A DNA stretch of 64,000 nucleotides, from the IMG/VR virus record IMGVR_UViG_3300029998_000597. One strand, written 5' to 3'. This document shows positions 38,440-49,309 of the stretch, one piece after another (within the stretch, counting starts at the first letter, position 1; each line of letters begins with the position of its first letter). The DNA comes from a virus. Lineage: Duplodnaviria > Caudoviricetes. The notes under the pieces were generated by a model. That model had not been told where the DNA came from. It was given only the letters and a program-made list of their open reading frames with translations, and made no database searches. The position numbers and the translations under genes were made by a program.

Positions 38440-38621
38440 TAAATAAAGACGGTATAACTATTAAGCAATTAAAAGAGTTGGTAAAAGAATTACCTGAGAC
38501 GGATGAAATAACGGGTGAAGATTTTACTATCTGGATGGAAACTGGGAATATGCTTTCAAGTCCAATATTGGAATGTTTACAATTAAATAGAGGTGATTTA
38601 TATTTTAGCATAAAATTATGA
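38436..38621 (+). CDS. Hypothetical protein
   Basis: 61 aa, 4-nt overlap with the previous gene. Begins ITIKQLKELVKELPE. Confidence 0.65.
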   Translation: MINKDGITIKQLKELVKELPETDEITGEDFTIWMETGNMLSSPILECLQLNRGDLYFSIKL

Positions 38622-39376
38622 TAAATAACAAACAATTTGATTATTTTTCAGTATTGGTTATTGGAATAAATCCAGAGGAACAAATTTCAAAGTATGATGA
38701 GATGTCAGATGCTAAAGAACCATATATTTTATATCAATATAAGGATATGGGTAAGCTAAGAAAACTCCAAATAGAAATTTATAAGGGTTATTTAAAATCG
38801 ATTAAAGATTTACAATCAAAGAATATTCTAATCGATAAAATAAATGATTTAAAAAGCATCTCAGATGAAAATTATTATCTTCGGTTAAGTGATTATTATC
38901 AATTTGATATTAATAAAAATATTATTAGTAATGATAATCCAGACGGTAAATGGTTAACTTGTGAGGTTGGTGGGCGAATGTATTCTGAAAAACTTATTAA
39001 TCTTGATAATATATATGTAACATCTGGTAAAAAAACAGATATAAATTGGTCGGTTATACATTTAAACCCTGGAATAGTCAATAAATACAAACGCGCTTGG
39101 GAACTTTGTAATGAGAATTCACCAATAACAACACCCGAAGACTTCAAAATTTTAGAAAATATGAAGGGGTTTGTTAATTATTTTGAACATTTTACTGATA
39201 AAAATCAATATATAAAATATAACTCATCTTTTTTTACTAATGCTATAATAGTTAATGGAAAATGGTTGGATATGGAGAATAGTAGTTACGTGGATTGGGT
39301 AATAAATTATTATGATAATTTTATTTCTGGGTTAAAACCAAATGATTTGATTACAATTTTTGAGTGTACAAAATAA
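38618..39376 (+). CDS. Phage hypothetical protein
   Basis: 252-aa ORF ending DLITIFECTK. Confidence 0.75.
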   Translation: MINNKQFDYFSVLVIGINPEEQISKYDEMSDAKEPYILYQYKDMGKLRKLQIEIYKGYLKSIKDLQSKNILIDKINDLKSISDENYYLRLSDYYQFDINKNIISNDNPDGKWLTCEVGGRMYSEKLINLDNIYVTSGKKTDINWSVIHLNPGIVNKYKRAWELCNENSPITTPEDFKILENMKGFVNYFEHFTDKNQYIKYNSSFFTNAIIVNGKWLDMENSSYVDWVINYYDNFISGLKPNDLITIFECTK

Positions 39377-39393
39377 TAATTTAATTATATCAT

Positions 39394-39428
39394 AAAGGTA
39401 GGGAACTTAATTGTTTTCTACCTTTTTT
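39394..39428 (+). terminator. Intrinsic terminator
   Basis: aaaggtagggaac / gttttctaccttt stem followed by a T run. Confidence 0.75.
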
Positions 39429-39465
39429 ATTTTAAAAATTTAAACACAAAAAAAAAATTCTAAAG

Positions 39466-39473
39466 TATTTATA
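39466..39473 (+). promoter_or_regulatory. Putative late promoter TATTTATA for the baseplate wedge operon
   Basis: 17 nt before the ATG at 39491. Confidence 0.55.
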
Positions 39474-39490
39474 TGGAAAGTAGTTAGTAT

Positions 39491-39883
39491 ATGGCACTAA
39501 ATAGAAAATATCTTGGAATTAGATTCCCATTCACTGTTAAAGACGAGGAAGGGTTCTTTATAGATTTAGAATATGATCCGTATAAAGAAATTAAATCTGA
39601 TTTAATGCATTTAATCTTTACACCAAAGGGGCAACGACTTAGAATGCCAACTTTTGGTACTAATTTAATTCGGTATATATTTGATCAAAACGATGAAAAA
39701 TCTTATACTGATATGAAAGTAGAGATACAGGAATCTATTAAAAAATTTATTCCAAATGTGAAGATAACAAGTTTATTAGTTACAAACAGCACCGATGAAA
39801 ATTACACTGCAAATATAGAGATAAAATATGATATAGATGAAGGTAGTTTTGTAACATCAGATTCCATAAATACATCAGTTTAA
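39491..39883 (+). CDS. Baseplate wedge subunit (T4 gp25-like)
   Basis: GIRFPF...IKSDLMHLIFTPKGQRLRMPTFGTNLIRYIFD signature. Confidence 0.92.
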   Translation: MALNRKYLGIRFPFTVKDEEGFFIDLEYDPYKEIKSDLMHLIFTPKGQRLRMPTFGTNLIRYIFDQNDEKSYTDMKVEIQESIKKFIPNVKITSLLVTNSTDENYTANIEIKYDIDEGSFVTSDSINTSV

Positions 39884-39894
39884 TAAAATATAAA

Positions 39895-41841
39895 ATGGCA
39901 AACCCAATTAATTACAACACACGAACATTCGAGGAATATAAAGAGCAATTAAAAATATATATCCAAAGAAATTACCCAAACATAATTAATGATTTTCAGG
40001 ATTCATCAATTGGTTCATTTTTTATGGATTTAAGTGCTGCTATTGGGGATGATCTAGGCTTCCTTATAGATAATAGATTTCAAGAGACACAGATTGATTA
40101 TATGCAAGAAAGAAAGTCTTTACTATCAACAGCAAGGACTAATAATTTAAAGGTACCTGGAAAGCGCCCATCAATGTTAGAAGCTGTTTGGTCATGTTAT
40201 ATACCAGTCGTTATTGGTGGTAGTACTCCAGATTGGGATTATGCTCCTATTTTAAATAAAGGAACGCAAGCATCAGGTGGTGGTCAAAAATTCGAATTAC
40301 AATCAGACGTTAATTTTTCCCAGCAATTTAATTCTCTTGGTATATCAGATAGAACAATTTTACCACTTAAAAATTCAACTACTGGTAGTTTGGTTGGATA
40401 TACTATAACAAAGACCTGCGTCATGATAAGCGGGGAAAGTAAAATATATAAACAAACGATTAGTCCATCAGATGTATCTCCATTTATGGAAATTATTTTA
40501 CCAGAGCCAAACGTGATAAACGTGCAATCAGTCCTAGTATTTGATGGGTACAACCAAATTACCCCAACAATTTCGGACTTTGTTAGTAACACAGAAAATA
40601 GGTGGTATGAAGTTGATAATTTAATAGACGATAAAATATTTGGAAAAGATATAATACAAAGTGCAAATTTTATTGATAAATTATTATTTGATTTAAATCA
40701 AAATGGGATAACAGGTTCAACAAATTATGGAAATACCTATTGTGGAAATTTGGAAGATGGTTCAATAGTATATGGATATATACCAACTGTTGCAAAATGG
40801 AATTCTGTAACTCAAAAATTTATAACAGAATATACTGATAATTATTATTTAAAACTTATTTTTGGTGCTGGATCAAACGAAAATTTAGATAATATTAAAA
40901 ATTCAACTGACTATACTCAGTATCAATTAAATAAAGCTATAAATAATAAATACCTTGGGATGATACCAGCATCTAATTCAACTATATATATTTATTATAC
41001 TGTAGGGGGTGGAAAGTCATCAAACATTGGTACTGGAATAATGAACACAATAGGTTATTTAGATTGCACGATAGGTGGGTCTAATGAGTCAAAAATAGCA
41101 CAGGTTAAAAACTCACTAAAGGTTACAAATTCTATCCCATCTGTTTCTGGTAGAGATGAATTAACAAATGAAGAAATAAAATATTTAATTAAATATAATA
41201 ATTTATCTCAAAATAGATGTGTAACATTAAATGATTATAAAAATAAAATATTAACAATGCCATCCGAGTATGGGGCACCATTAAAAATAGGGGTAGAGGA
41301 GGTTAATAATAAAATACTTATAACGATGCTAGGCCTCGATTATGATGGTACGCTATCTAATAATTTAAGCGAAACATTAATCAATAATATAGTAGAATAT
41401 CTTAGTGAATATAAAATGATAAACGATTATGTTGAAATTCAACCAGGTTTAATAAATAATATTCAGTTTGAAATCGATATTACTATAGATACATCTAAAT
41501 CAAAACAAGATGTACTCAAGGCTGTAATTTTATATGTTGGTAATTATATGGACATAAATAATCATAAAATGGGAGATGAAATATTTACTAGTAAAATGAA
41601 GTCTGATATCGGTGCAATAAGTGGGGTGATAAATCTAATCGATTTAAGGGTTTATAGTATTTATTCTACGGGGTATTCCCCTAACCAAATAAAACAGCCA
41701 ACAATAACAAATACAGAATACATGAATCGAGTACAAATAGATTTAATTGCCACCGATGGTATATTGTATTCAAATTCAGATACTATGTTTGAAATTAAAA
41801 ACCCAAAATCAGACATAATTATTAGGGTAAAATCAAAATAA
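39895..41841 (+). CDS. Baseplate wedge subunit (T4 gp6 / baseplate J-like)
   Basis: YNTRTFEEYKEQL...DFQDSSIG, LIFGAG, YTVGGGKSSN, SGRDELTNEEIK and QNRCVTLNDY motifs. Confidence 0.9.
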   Translation: MANPINYNTRTFEEYKEQLKIYIQRNYPNIINDFQDSSIGSFFMDLSAAIGDDLGFLIDNRFQETQIDYMQERKSLLSTARTNNLKVPGKRPSMLEAVWSCYIPVVIGGSTPDWDYAPILNKGTQASGGGQKFELQSDVNFSQQFNSLGISDRTILPLKNSTTGSLVGYTITKTCVMISGESKIYKQTISPSDVSPFMEIILPEPNVINVQSVLVFDGYNQITPTISDFVSNTENRWYEVDNLIDDKIFGKDIIQSANFIDKLLFDLNQNGITGSTNYGNTYCGNLEDGSIVYGYIPTVAKWNSVTQKFITEYTDNYYLKLIFGAGSNENLDNIKNSTDYTQYQLNKAINNKYLGMIPASNSTIYIYYTVGGGKSSNIGTGIMNTIGYLDCTIGGSNESKIAQVKNSLKVTNSIPSVSGRDELTNEEIKYLIKYNNLSQNRCVTLNDYKNKILTMPSEYGAPLKIGVEEVNNKILITMLGLDYDGTLSNNLSETLINNIVEYLSEYKMINDYVEIQPGLINNIQFEIDITIDTSKSKQDVLKAVILYVGNYMDINNHKMGDEIFTSKMKSDIGAISGVINLIDLRVYSIYSTGYSPNQIKQPTITNTEYMNRVQIDLIATDGILYSNSDTMFEIKNPKSDIIIRVKSK

Positions 41842-42143
41842 TGATAAAAAATAAAGACTGTAATTGCAAAGCAACGAAAAACATTATTAAGATGATAAAA
41901 ACTGTCGATGATATTAACTTATCAACAAGTAAGACTCATCTAAAAGAAAGAAGGTGTTTTAATAAAATATTTTTTAAAATATTAAAATATTTAGTTTACT
42001 CGATATTATTACTATTATTATTTACGTTAGCAATACCGATATTAATATTAATATTTATTTTGCATGGGATATTAAAAAAACCAACAATATTAAATATTAA
42101 TTTTTTAAAACTATTCAATAGAAGTAAAAATGGTGGAAAATAA
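41841..42143 (+). CDS. Small membrane protein
   Basis: 100 aa with a long hydrophobic stretch (YLVYSILLLLLFTLAIPILILIFILHGI). Coupled to both neighbours. Confidence 0.6.
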   Translation: MIKNKDCNCKATKNIIKMIKTVDDINLSTSKTHLKERRCFNKIFFKILKYLVYSILLLLLFTLAIPILILIFILHGILKKPTILNINFLKLFNRSKNGGK

Positions 42144-45100
42144 TAAAACTTTCAGAATAAAATACGACCAATTAAATCCAGTCGATCATATTAATGTTAA
42201 ACTTGATCAAGACTTTGATTTATTAGAGGTATTATCATTATCAATATCACAAGAAGATGTTTATAGAATGTATACATCTGAATATGGTGTTGTAGTGGGA
42301 CGCGTTCTAGCAAACGATGGTTTTGGAATTCCAAACGCAAAAATTTCTATATTTATATCAAACAAATCAACAAATCAGGCAATTGATAAAAATATATTAT
42401 ATCCTTTTAATACAACAGCTGATAAAAACTCAGATGGTATAAGATATAATTTACTACCAGATAAAAAGGTTAATAAATGTCACCAAAACGTAGGGTCATT
42501 GCCGTCAAAAAGAGATATATTAGATAATAATATTAAATTAGATACTTTTAATGATTTTTATAAATATACAACTATAACGAACGAATCTGGTGACTATATG
42601 TTTTTCGGTATACCTACTGGATCACAGCAAATTCATGTTGATATTGATTTATCAGATATAGGTGTTTTATCACAAGCACCAAGAGATATGGAATATAAAG
42701 GTTATAATATAAAACAATTTGATAGTCCAAATAAATTTAAAACAAGTACAAACTTAGATTCATTACCACAAATAATAAGCCAAGATACTACTATCTTTGT
42801 ATATCCATTTTGGGGAGATGAATCACAATCAGAATTAGCAATTACAAAAAAAACTATTAATATACAATATAAATTCGAGCCAACCTGTGTTTTCATGGGA
42901 AGTATTTTCACAGATTCACAAAAAAGTTCAATTAGTAAAACTTGTCGGCCAGATACAACAACTGGTGTTATGAGTGAATTAACTACATCTCAAGGTTCAA
43001 TTGAAATGATACGTAAAACGATAAATGATGAAATTGAATTATTTGATATTAATGGTGGTAGGTTAATTAATAACGATGGGGTTTGGTGCTATCAAATACC
43101 AATGAATTTAGACTATGTTGTTACAGATGAATTTGGTAATTTGGTACCAACAACAGATCCAACAAAAGGAATACCAACAAGCGCAAAAGTAAGGTTTAGA
43201 ATAACGCTAGATGATAATGGAGATGACTTCGTACAAAGTAAAACAGGTGTATATTTAATACCAAATAAACCAAAATCAGAGTTATATGATGATTATGAGT
43301 TTAGTTCAAATTGTAAAGAATTTAGTTTTGTTAATTTAATGTGGAATAAGGTATATTCAGTAAAAAATTATATACCTAGAACTGGAAAGAGTGCTTTTTT
43401 AAAGGATATTTCTGCAGATAGACATTTCACAGGACTAAAGTCCGTGAATTATCATGGAAATAATAACCCAGCCCCATATAATAATATTTGGGTCAACATT
43501 AATTTGAGATTTATGTTAATATGTTTGTTAACGACTTTTTTTATTAAGACAGTTGGATATATAAACTATATAATTACCCTTATAAATCATAATGTTCCAT
43601 TAATTGTTATGGGTTTTTTAGCTTTGGATGTTAAATTAGCTGGGGATGTATGTTCAACAATAGATTGGAAAGGAAAATCTTTATTTGTACCATTTTCTAA
43701 GATACATAAGTGGATGTACGGAGATGAAGAAGCCGCTACGAATAGTATTTATGGTATCGATAATTGGTTCAAAGGTGATGGTATAGATGGAAGTGGTGGA
43801 CCTGGAATTTCCAATAATACATTAATTGGTAATATAATAAGTTGTGTTGAAACACAGTTATCATCTGAGAATGAAGTTGTTAATTTTGATTTTACAAATG
43901 ACTGGATAAATGGAAGTTTATACGCCCCCAGATTTTTAACAAAAACAAAGAAAAATAGAAAGACTGGTAAGCAAGACCCAGTGTATTGTGGGTCGTGGGT
44001 TCAGAAGTATACTAATTTATTTTTGGTACAATCATGCGCCCCATCTATTAGTAAAGATGGCATTATTAATGTTGATACGACAATAAACTGTAATGATAAA
44101 CAAAATTGTTATAAAAAGAAATCAATAGATCAGATATATAGAGGGACAATAAATAGAAATGAAGTAGATGACATTTTTTATTATAGGGCGGTTGAATTTC
44201 CAGGTAATAAATATTTATATAGTACAGATATTATTCTATTAGGTAGTTTATTGGATTGTGACCAGGATGGTATACCACAATTACATCAACTATTACCAAG
44301 TACGTCGTTTAAATTACCACCTGATAGCTTTGAACCAGATGGTGATTATACAGATGTAAAAGAGAATTCACCTAGTATACAAAAAGAAATGTCTGGTATT
44401 GATTGGGGTAATACCCCAGGATATGAAATAAATGGTTTATTTGTGGGTGTTAGTTGTATGGACAGTAATACTATTGTTAAATCTTGTGTTAACGCCACGA
44501 GATTATGCGAAATAGGTGTAGATTTCGATGAAAAACATGTTGGGTCTACATCTGATGGTTATGATTTAGTTAAATTAATTGATGGATATATATCAACAGA
44601 TGAAATCACTGACGGGGATGTTAGAGGTATGTTTTCAACATTAAATATTAATAATTTATCAACAAGTGTTAATTCTTTTAATCAACCAAAATATGATTTT
44701 ATTTATAACTATCCAAATGGTTTTGATGGAAAATTGAGGTCGGTATTTGCGCAAGATGGGTTCATATTAGATTATTATACTTTTAGATTTGGTACTGATA
44801 ATTTAAATGGAAATTATTATACTGGGGATTATTCGTTTCCGAGATATGAGAATTCTTTTTATTTCTATTTTGGAATTAAACCTGGTTCTACAGCAATAGA
44901 TTTATTTAACAATCAATATTTTGTACCATGCTCTACGATTGAAAAAGAAAAATTCACTTTAAATCTTATAGTTAAAACAAAAGAAGGTATTTGTGAAATT
45001 GAAAATGGTATATTAAGCGTAAAAACTAGCAAAGCGGTTTATCCATATGATGTTTATCTGGATGATGTTATGTGTAGTTCAAATATTTCAAGTGATAATG

Positions 45101-45576
45101 AAATATTAATAGATGGGTTAAAATCTAAATATTATAGTATTAAAGTTATTGATGGTAATAATAATATAGTAGTAAAATCAATATTTTTACCTAAAAACAT
45201 AGGAATATCTTATAAATATTTGATAAAAAATACAACAACAATAGATTCGAATAAGGGTGAATTGTTAATTACAGATATTCTTAATGATAACTCAAGTAAT
45301 ACATCAAACTCATATAAATTATATAAAAATGGCGTCTTATTGTTTAGCGGTGTAATATCTACTAACACTTTAGCTATAACAGATTTAGGTGTTGGTTTAT
45401 ATGTTATTATGATTTATGAAATAGGTTGTGCTACCAATATAAAACAATATACTTTTAATATTAATTATCTTTATACAAGTCAATTTATCAACTATTTTAT
45501 AGAAACTAAGCTTCCAGACTCAGGATATAATGCTGAATTTATAAATTATGTTGCTGAATTAGAAGAATCAAATTAA
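42130..45576 (+). CDS. Large baseplate/fibre-associated structural protein, 1148 aa
   Basis: N-terminal carboxypeptidase-regulatory-like motif (GVVVGRVLANDGFGIPNAKISIF...TNESGDYMFFGIPTGSQQI), a Cys-rich middle, and C-terminal Ig/SprB-like modules. Confidence 0.65.
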   Translation: MVENNKTFRIKYDQLNPVDHINVKLDQDFDLLEVLSLSISQEDVYRMYTSEYGVVVGRVLANDGFGIPNAKISIFISNKSTNQAIDKNILYPFNTTADKNSDGIRYNLLPDKKVNKCHQNVGSLPSKRDILDNNIKLDTFNDFYKYTTITNESGDYMFFGIPTGSQQIHVDIDLSDIGVLSQAPRDMEYKGYNIKQFDSPNKFKTSTNLDSLPQIISQDTTIFVYPFWGDESQSELAITKKTINIQYKFEPTCVFMGSIFTDSQKSSISKTCRPDTTTGVMSELTTSQGSIEMIRKTINDEIELFDINGGRLINNDGVWCYQIPMNLDYVVTDEFGNLVPTTDPTKGIPTSAKVRFRITLDDNGDDFVQSKTGVYLIPNKPKSELYDDYEFSSNCKEFSFVNLMWNKVYSVKNYIPRTGKSAFLKDISADRHFTGLKSVNYHGNNNPAPYNNIWVNINLRFMLICLLTTFFIKTVGYINYIITLINHNVPLIVMGFLALDVKLAGDVCSTIDWKGKSLFVPFSKIHKWMYGDEEAATNSIYGIDNWFKGDGIDGSGGPGISNNTLIGNIISCVETQLSSENEVVNFDFTNDWINGSLYAPRFLTKTKKNRKTGKQDPVYCGSWVQKYTNLFLVQSCAPSISKDGIINVDTTINCNDKQNCYKKKSIDQIYRGTINRNEVDDIFYYRAVEFPGNKYLYSTDIILLGSLLDCDQDGIPQLHQLLPSTSFKLPPDSFEPDGDYTDVKENSPSIQKEMSGIDWGNTPGYEINGLFVGVSCMDSNTIVKSCVNATRLCEIGVDFDEKHVGSTSDGYDLVKLIDGYISTDEITDGDVRGMFSTLNINNLSTSVNSFNQPKYDFIYNYPNGFDGKLRSVFAQDGFILDYYTFRFGTDNLNGNYYTGDYSFPRYENSFYFYFGIKPGSTAIDLFNNQYFVPCSTIEKEKFTLNLIVKTKEGICEIENGILSVKTSKAVYPYDVYLDDVMCSSNISSDNEILIDGLKSKYYSIKVIDGNNNIVVKSIFLPKNIGISYKYLIKNTTTIDSNKGELLITDILNDNSSNTSNSYKLYKNGVLLFSGVISTNTLAITDLGVGLYVIMIYEIGCATNIKQYTFNINYLYTSQFINYFIETKLPDSGYNAEFINYVAELEESN

Positions 45577-45590
45577 AAAAAAATAAAAAA

Positions 45591-46211
45591 ATGGGATTAA
45601 TAGAAACAGGATATAAACGATCATTGGAGTTAATAATAACAAAAATGGATGATAATACGCCACCATCAGTTATAACAGAAACACATAATGGCGTAATGTC
45701 GTTCGAGGTTACTGGAACAACATACGAACAATTAACTGGAACGTCATTCCAACAATTAACGGTTGCTGATTTTAATGAAAGGCTTGGTCATTTCAAAGAT
45801 TATATAAAAGATTATTATCTTACATCAGACCCAAATCTATATGATACTATATTGTGGGATCAAACTAGAATACTTATGCCGATAGTGAAACCTACTGCGT
45901 ATATTAAATTTACTTCAACACCTGGGTCAATTAGTACAACTGTAGTATTAAGATCAAGCATACCAGTTGGCAGCAATATAACACGAGTAATTAATTATTA
46001 TGATAATAGTAAAGAATTATTGATTACAATTAGTCTTACCATATTTAAAGGTGGAACTACCTCGATGGGTACGAGTATACATAATACTTCTACGATAAAT
46101 AATGTATATGTTGATCCTCTTGGTGAAATATTAAGTGATAATCTATGTAATTATAACTATAATGATACTATTGTTTTATCAACAGGGCCAATTCCAATGC
46201 CAATTGACTAG
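45591..46211 (+). CDS. Putative structural protein
   Basis: 206-aa Thr/Ser-rich ORF within the baseplate operon. Confidence 0.6.
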   Translation: MGLIETGYKRSLELIITKMDDNTPPSVITETHNGVMSFEVTGTTYEQLTGTSFQQLTVADFNERLGHFKDYIKDYYLTSDPNLYDTILWDQTRILMPIVKPTAYIKFTSTPGSISTTVVLRSSIPVGSNITRVINYYDNSKELLITISLTIFKGGTTSMGTSIHNTSTINNVYVDPLGEILSDNLCNYNYNDTIVLSTGPIPMPID

Positions 46212-46217
46212 TAGCAT

Positions 46218-48503
46218 ATGAATATAAAAATAGCATTAAATAAGAATAAGAATAAGAAAGCTGTTAATACAGCTTTTTATCAAACCATGGAGCTAGAACA
46301 AACTTCAAGGCAATTACCTATTTCTAACATTAATAAAATTGTTAATAGTTATCAAATATTTGATAACGAGATAAATTCTTGTACAAAATACAGGTTAACT
46401 ATCACAATAAATACAATTGCAACAAACGTGTTAATAAATCCAATAACTCAAATATATGATGGGGATATAGAAATAACTGGAAGTACTAGATTAAATGCTA
46501 TTAAAACAATCAATCCAGAATTTACATATAATTGTGGGTATGATATTTTTGATAATCATTTTTTAAGAGTAAACACCTTTAAAAAAGGTACCTCATTAGA
46601 TAGTTTTATTGGTACATCATTGAAAAATGTTAGTTCAATTCAAGATTCTGTAGATAATAATTTATTTGAAGATAATGGGTGGATGTATTTTTTAAATGCT
46701 GGTAAGATTAATAATAATCGCATGTTTATAAATAAATTACCATGCGAAAAAATTGATTTATTTCCAACTAGAGAATATTTTAGTTTTAGCCCGATGATTA
46801 TAAATGAAAAACCAGAGGATAATTGGGATTATTGCGTTACTTATCCATATAAAAATATTATAGATCATATATTAGTTACAGATGCGAACGGAATAAATGG
46901 ATTACCAATATCAGATGGTGTTATTGGATATGCAAATGAAAATGGTAATTACCTACAAATAACGACCTCATATAAAAATAAATTAAATCAACACGATATA
47001 ATTTCTTTTAAATATACTAATTCACCAATTGGTAAAACTTATCAAATTTATAATGTTGGTGATATTAATGGGTTGAATAAAGAATGTACATTTATATTAG
47101 ATATTGATAAATATTCAGATCTAAATGATGTAGACTTTTTAAATAGTATAAAAACAAAACGGATAGTTAAGATAGTGGATGGTGTCGAATCAGATTATTA
47201 CATTAGAGAATTAAGAAAAGTACCTAATTTTAAATTCGATACAGATGAAATAACAATCGAAAATATTGAAAGTAAAATAACAGGTAATACAACGCAGATA
47301 ACATCAGATAATTATCAGCTTGCATTTTCAAGAAATATTTTTGGTGATAAAATTCATCAGATTCAATTTATTGATGATATTGATATAAGTCTTTTGTCTG
47401 ATAACTTAGGTAGGCCAATCAGTGAATTATATTTAACAATAATAAAAAAAGGGAAGACATCCGATACTTTAGGTCATAATAATATATTTGGTAATGTAAC
47501 ATCTGGAATTGATGAAGCTCCATATGTTAATGGTTATTCAAATATAAGATTAATTAATTCGAACAATACTATAGAAATACCATTAGAAGAAGATATAACA
47601 ATAAATGGCTCATCAAATAATAATAAATTTTTATGTGATATAGTCGAATATAATAAATCCTTAGTAAAGGAAATTGTATTAGATAATGTAATGCATAGAT
47701 TTAATACGGTTCAGAGAGAACGATTAGATAATGTTTTTGAATATCATACTATAAATCACACATATACTTCATTCTACGATGAAGATCAAAAAATGTATCT
47801 CGAACCAAGAAATGAAGGCTATTTTTATAACCCACATTATAAAATACAAATTAAAAATTATTCCTCTATTATAAATCAAGGTGAATTAAATACAATTGTA
47901 AGTTGTGAAGACGATATATTTACTTTGGGGTTAAATAAAGATGGTAATATTATTAATTTAAATTCATATGTTGGTTCAGAAAGCGATATACAATATTTAA
48001 TTTTAAAGATAAGTAATTCAAAAAACTTTTTAGATTTTGATAGAATTAGAATAAATAAGGTAGATTCAAATAATAATATAATTAAAACTTTAACTTTAAA
48101 TATTAGAATAAGGGGAGATATAAATAAGTCAATTTTAATACCATATAATTCTATTTTTTTTGGTGCGATTGAAGATATAAATAATAATATATATCAATTC
48201 AAAAGATATTATAGTGATTCAATACCATCATATGGGAATGATATGAACAATGGTAGAATACTTTGGCGAGATATATTACCAGAAGGAATTTTTGATAGTG
48301 AATCACAATTTAATAACGATATTCAATTTACAAATGGAAGGTTATACCTAAACAAAGCTATAAATTTAGTGGTAAAAAGACAAGATCCTTTTGGACTTTA
48401 CGGTTTAAAGAGTAGGACATTTCCATCTGATTTATATGGTGATAATACAACAAACGATATTTTAATTAATAATAGATTCAGCAACCAAAATAGTATATGT
48501 TAA
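46218..48503 (+). CDS. Putative baseplate/tail structural protein
   Basis: 761-aa ORF in the operon, with DNLGRPISELYLTI and WRDILPEG..D motifs. Confidence 0.65.
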   Translation: MNIKIALNKNKNKKAVNTAFYQTMELEQTSRQLPISNINKIVNSYQIFDNEINSCTKYRLTITINTIATNVLINPITQIYDGDIEITGSTRLNAIKTINPEFTYNCGYDIFDNHFLRVNTFKKGTSLDSFIGTSLKNVSSIQDSVDNNLFEDNGWMYFLNAGKINNNRMFINKLPCEKIDLFPTREYFSFSPMIINEKPEDNWDYCVTYPYKNIIDHILVTDANGINGLPISDGVIGYANENGNYLQITTSYKNKLNQHDIISFKYTNSPIGKTYQIYNVGDINGLNKECTFILDIDKYSDLNDVDFLNSIKTKRIVKIVDGVESDYYIRELRKVPNFKFDTDEITIENIESKITGNTTQITSDNYQLAFSRNIFGDKIHQIQFIDDIDISLLSDNLGRPISELYLTIIKKGKTSDTLGHNNIFGNVTSGIDEAPYVNGYSNIRLINSNNTIEIPLEEDITINGSSNNNKFLCDIVEYNKSLVKEIVLDNVMHRFNTVQRERLDNVFEYHTINHTYTSFYDEDQKMYLEPRNEGYFYNPHYKIQIKNYSSIINQGELNTIVSCEDDIFTLGLNKDGNIINLNSYVGSESDIQYLILKISNSKNFLDFDRIRINKVDSNNNIIKTLTLNIRIRGDINKSILIPYNSIFFGAIEDINNNIYQFKRYYSDSIPSYGNDMNNGRILWRDILPEGIFDSESQFNNDIQFTNGRLYLNKAINLVVKRQDPFGLYGLKSRTFPSDLYGDNTTNDILINNRFSNQNSIC

Positions 48504-49309
48504 AATATAAAATAAATTTAGATACTGAAAATGTGGTCGATAATCATATATCAATTAAAATCGGGCAATTATTTTATCCAAATTCAGAACAATACGAAGT
48601 TATTGAAAACAAATTTGATATTAGCAACCTGAACGTAATTAATCCAACAATCGATTTTGAAAAAGTTAGGTTACACCCAATAATTTCCAGCAATATTAAT
48701 AACGATATTCAATCTATAACGTTTAAATTACATTTTTATATTTCAAATAATTGGACATATAATTCTACATTATTATCAGATATTGGCTATACGAGCGATG
48801 ATGTAATTAATAGAAGAAAAAGGTTAAGCAACAACTTCATTAGACTATCATTTTATGATTCAAATGATATAAAAGTACAGAATTTATTATATTATTCAAC
48901 TATTTTTATCAATTCAGGAGACTTATATGATAAATATATTAATAACGGCTTATCAATGAGTACATTAATGACTGATTTTACTATTTATAATCCAAGAACA
49001 AGTTTAAAAATAGCTTCTTTTGAAGGTTTTTATATTTATTTATTTGGAAGTGATATATTAAAAAATACTATTACTACTATTTATATGAAAGTTGAATATA
49101 ATAGCGCATTAAATGGTAAAACTTCATTATTTTTAAAAGATTATTCGCATGGATCAGTAAATGGATTTAATTTATCTGATTTAAAATCAAATATGTTTAT
49201 CCCTATAAATATTGAATATAATACAAACTTAAATAAATATGTTTATTGGTTTAACGACTATAATACTGAAAATACGGTAATAAATTTATATCAGGCTAAA
49301 GTTAAATAA
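48497..49309 (+). CDS. Putative structural protein
   Basis: 270 aa, overlap-coupled within the operon. Confidence 0.6.
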   Translation: MLKYKINLDTENVVDNHISIKIGQLFYPNSEQYEVIENKFDISNLNVINPTIDFEKVRLHPIISSNINNDIQSITFKLHFYISNNWTYNSTLLSDIGYTSDDVINRRKRLSNNFIRLSFYDSNDIKVQNLLYYSTIFINSGDLYDKYINNGLSMSTLMTDFTIYNPRTSLKIASFEGFYIYLFGSDILKNTITTIYMKVEYNSALNGKTSLFLKDYSHGSVNGFNLSDLKSNMFIPINIEYNTNLNKYVYWFNDYNTENTVINLYQAKVK

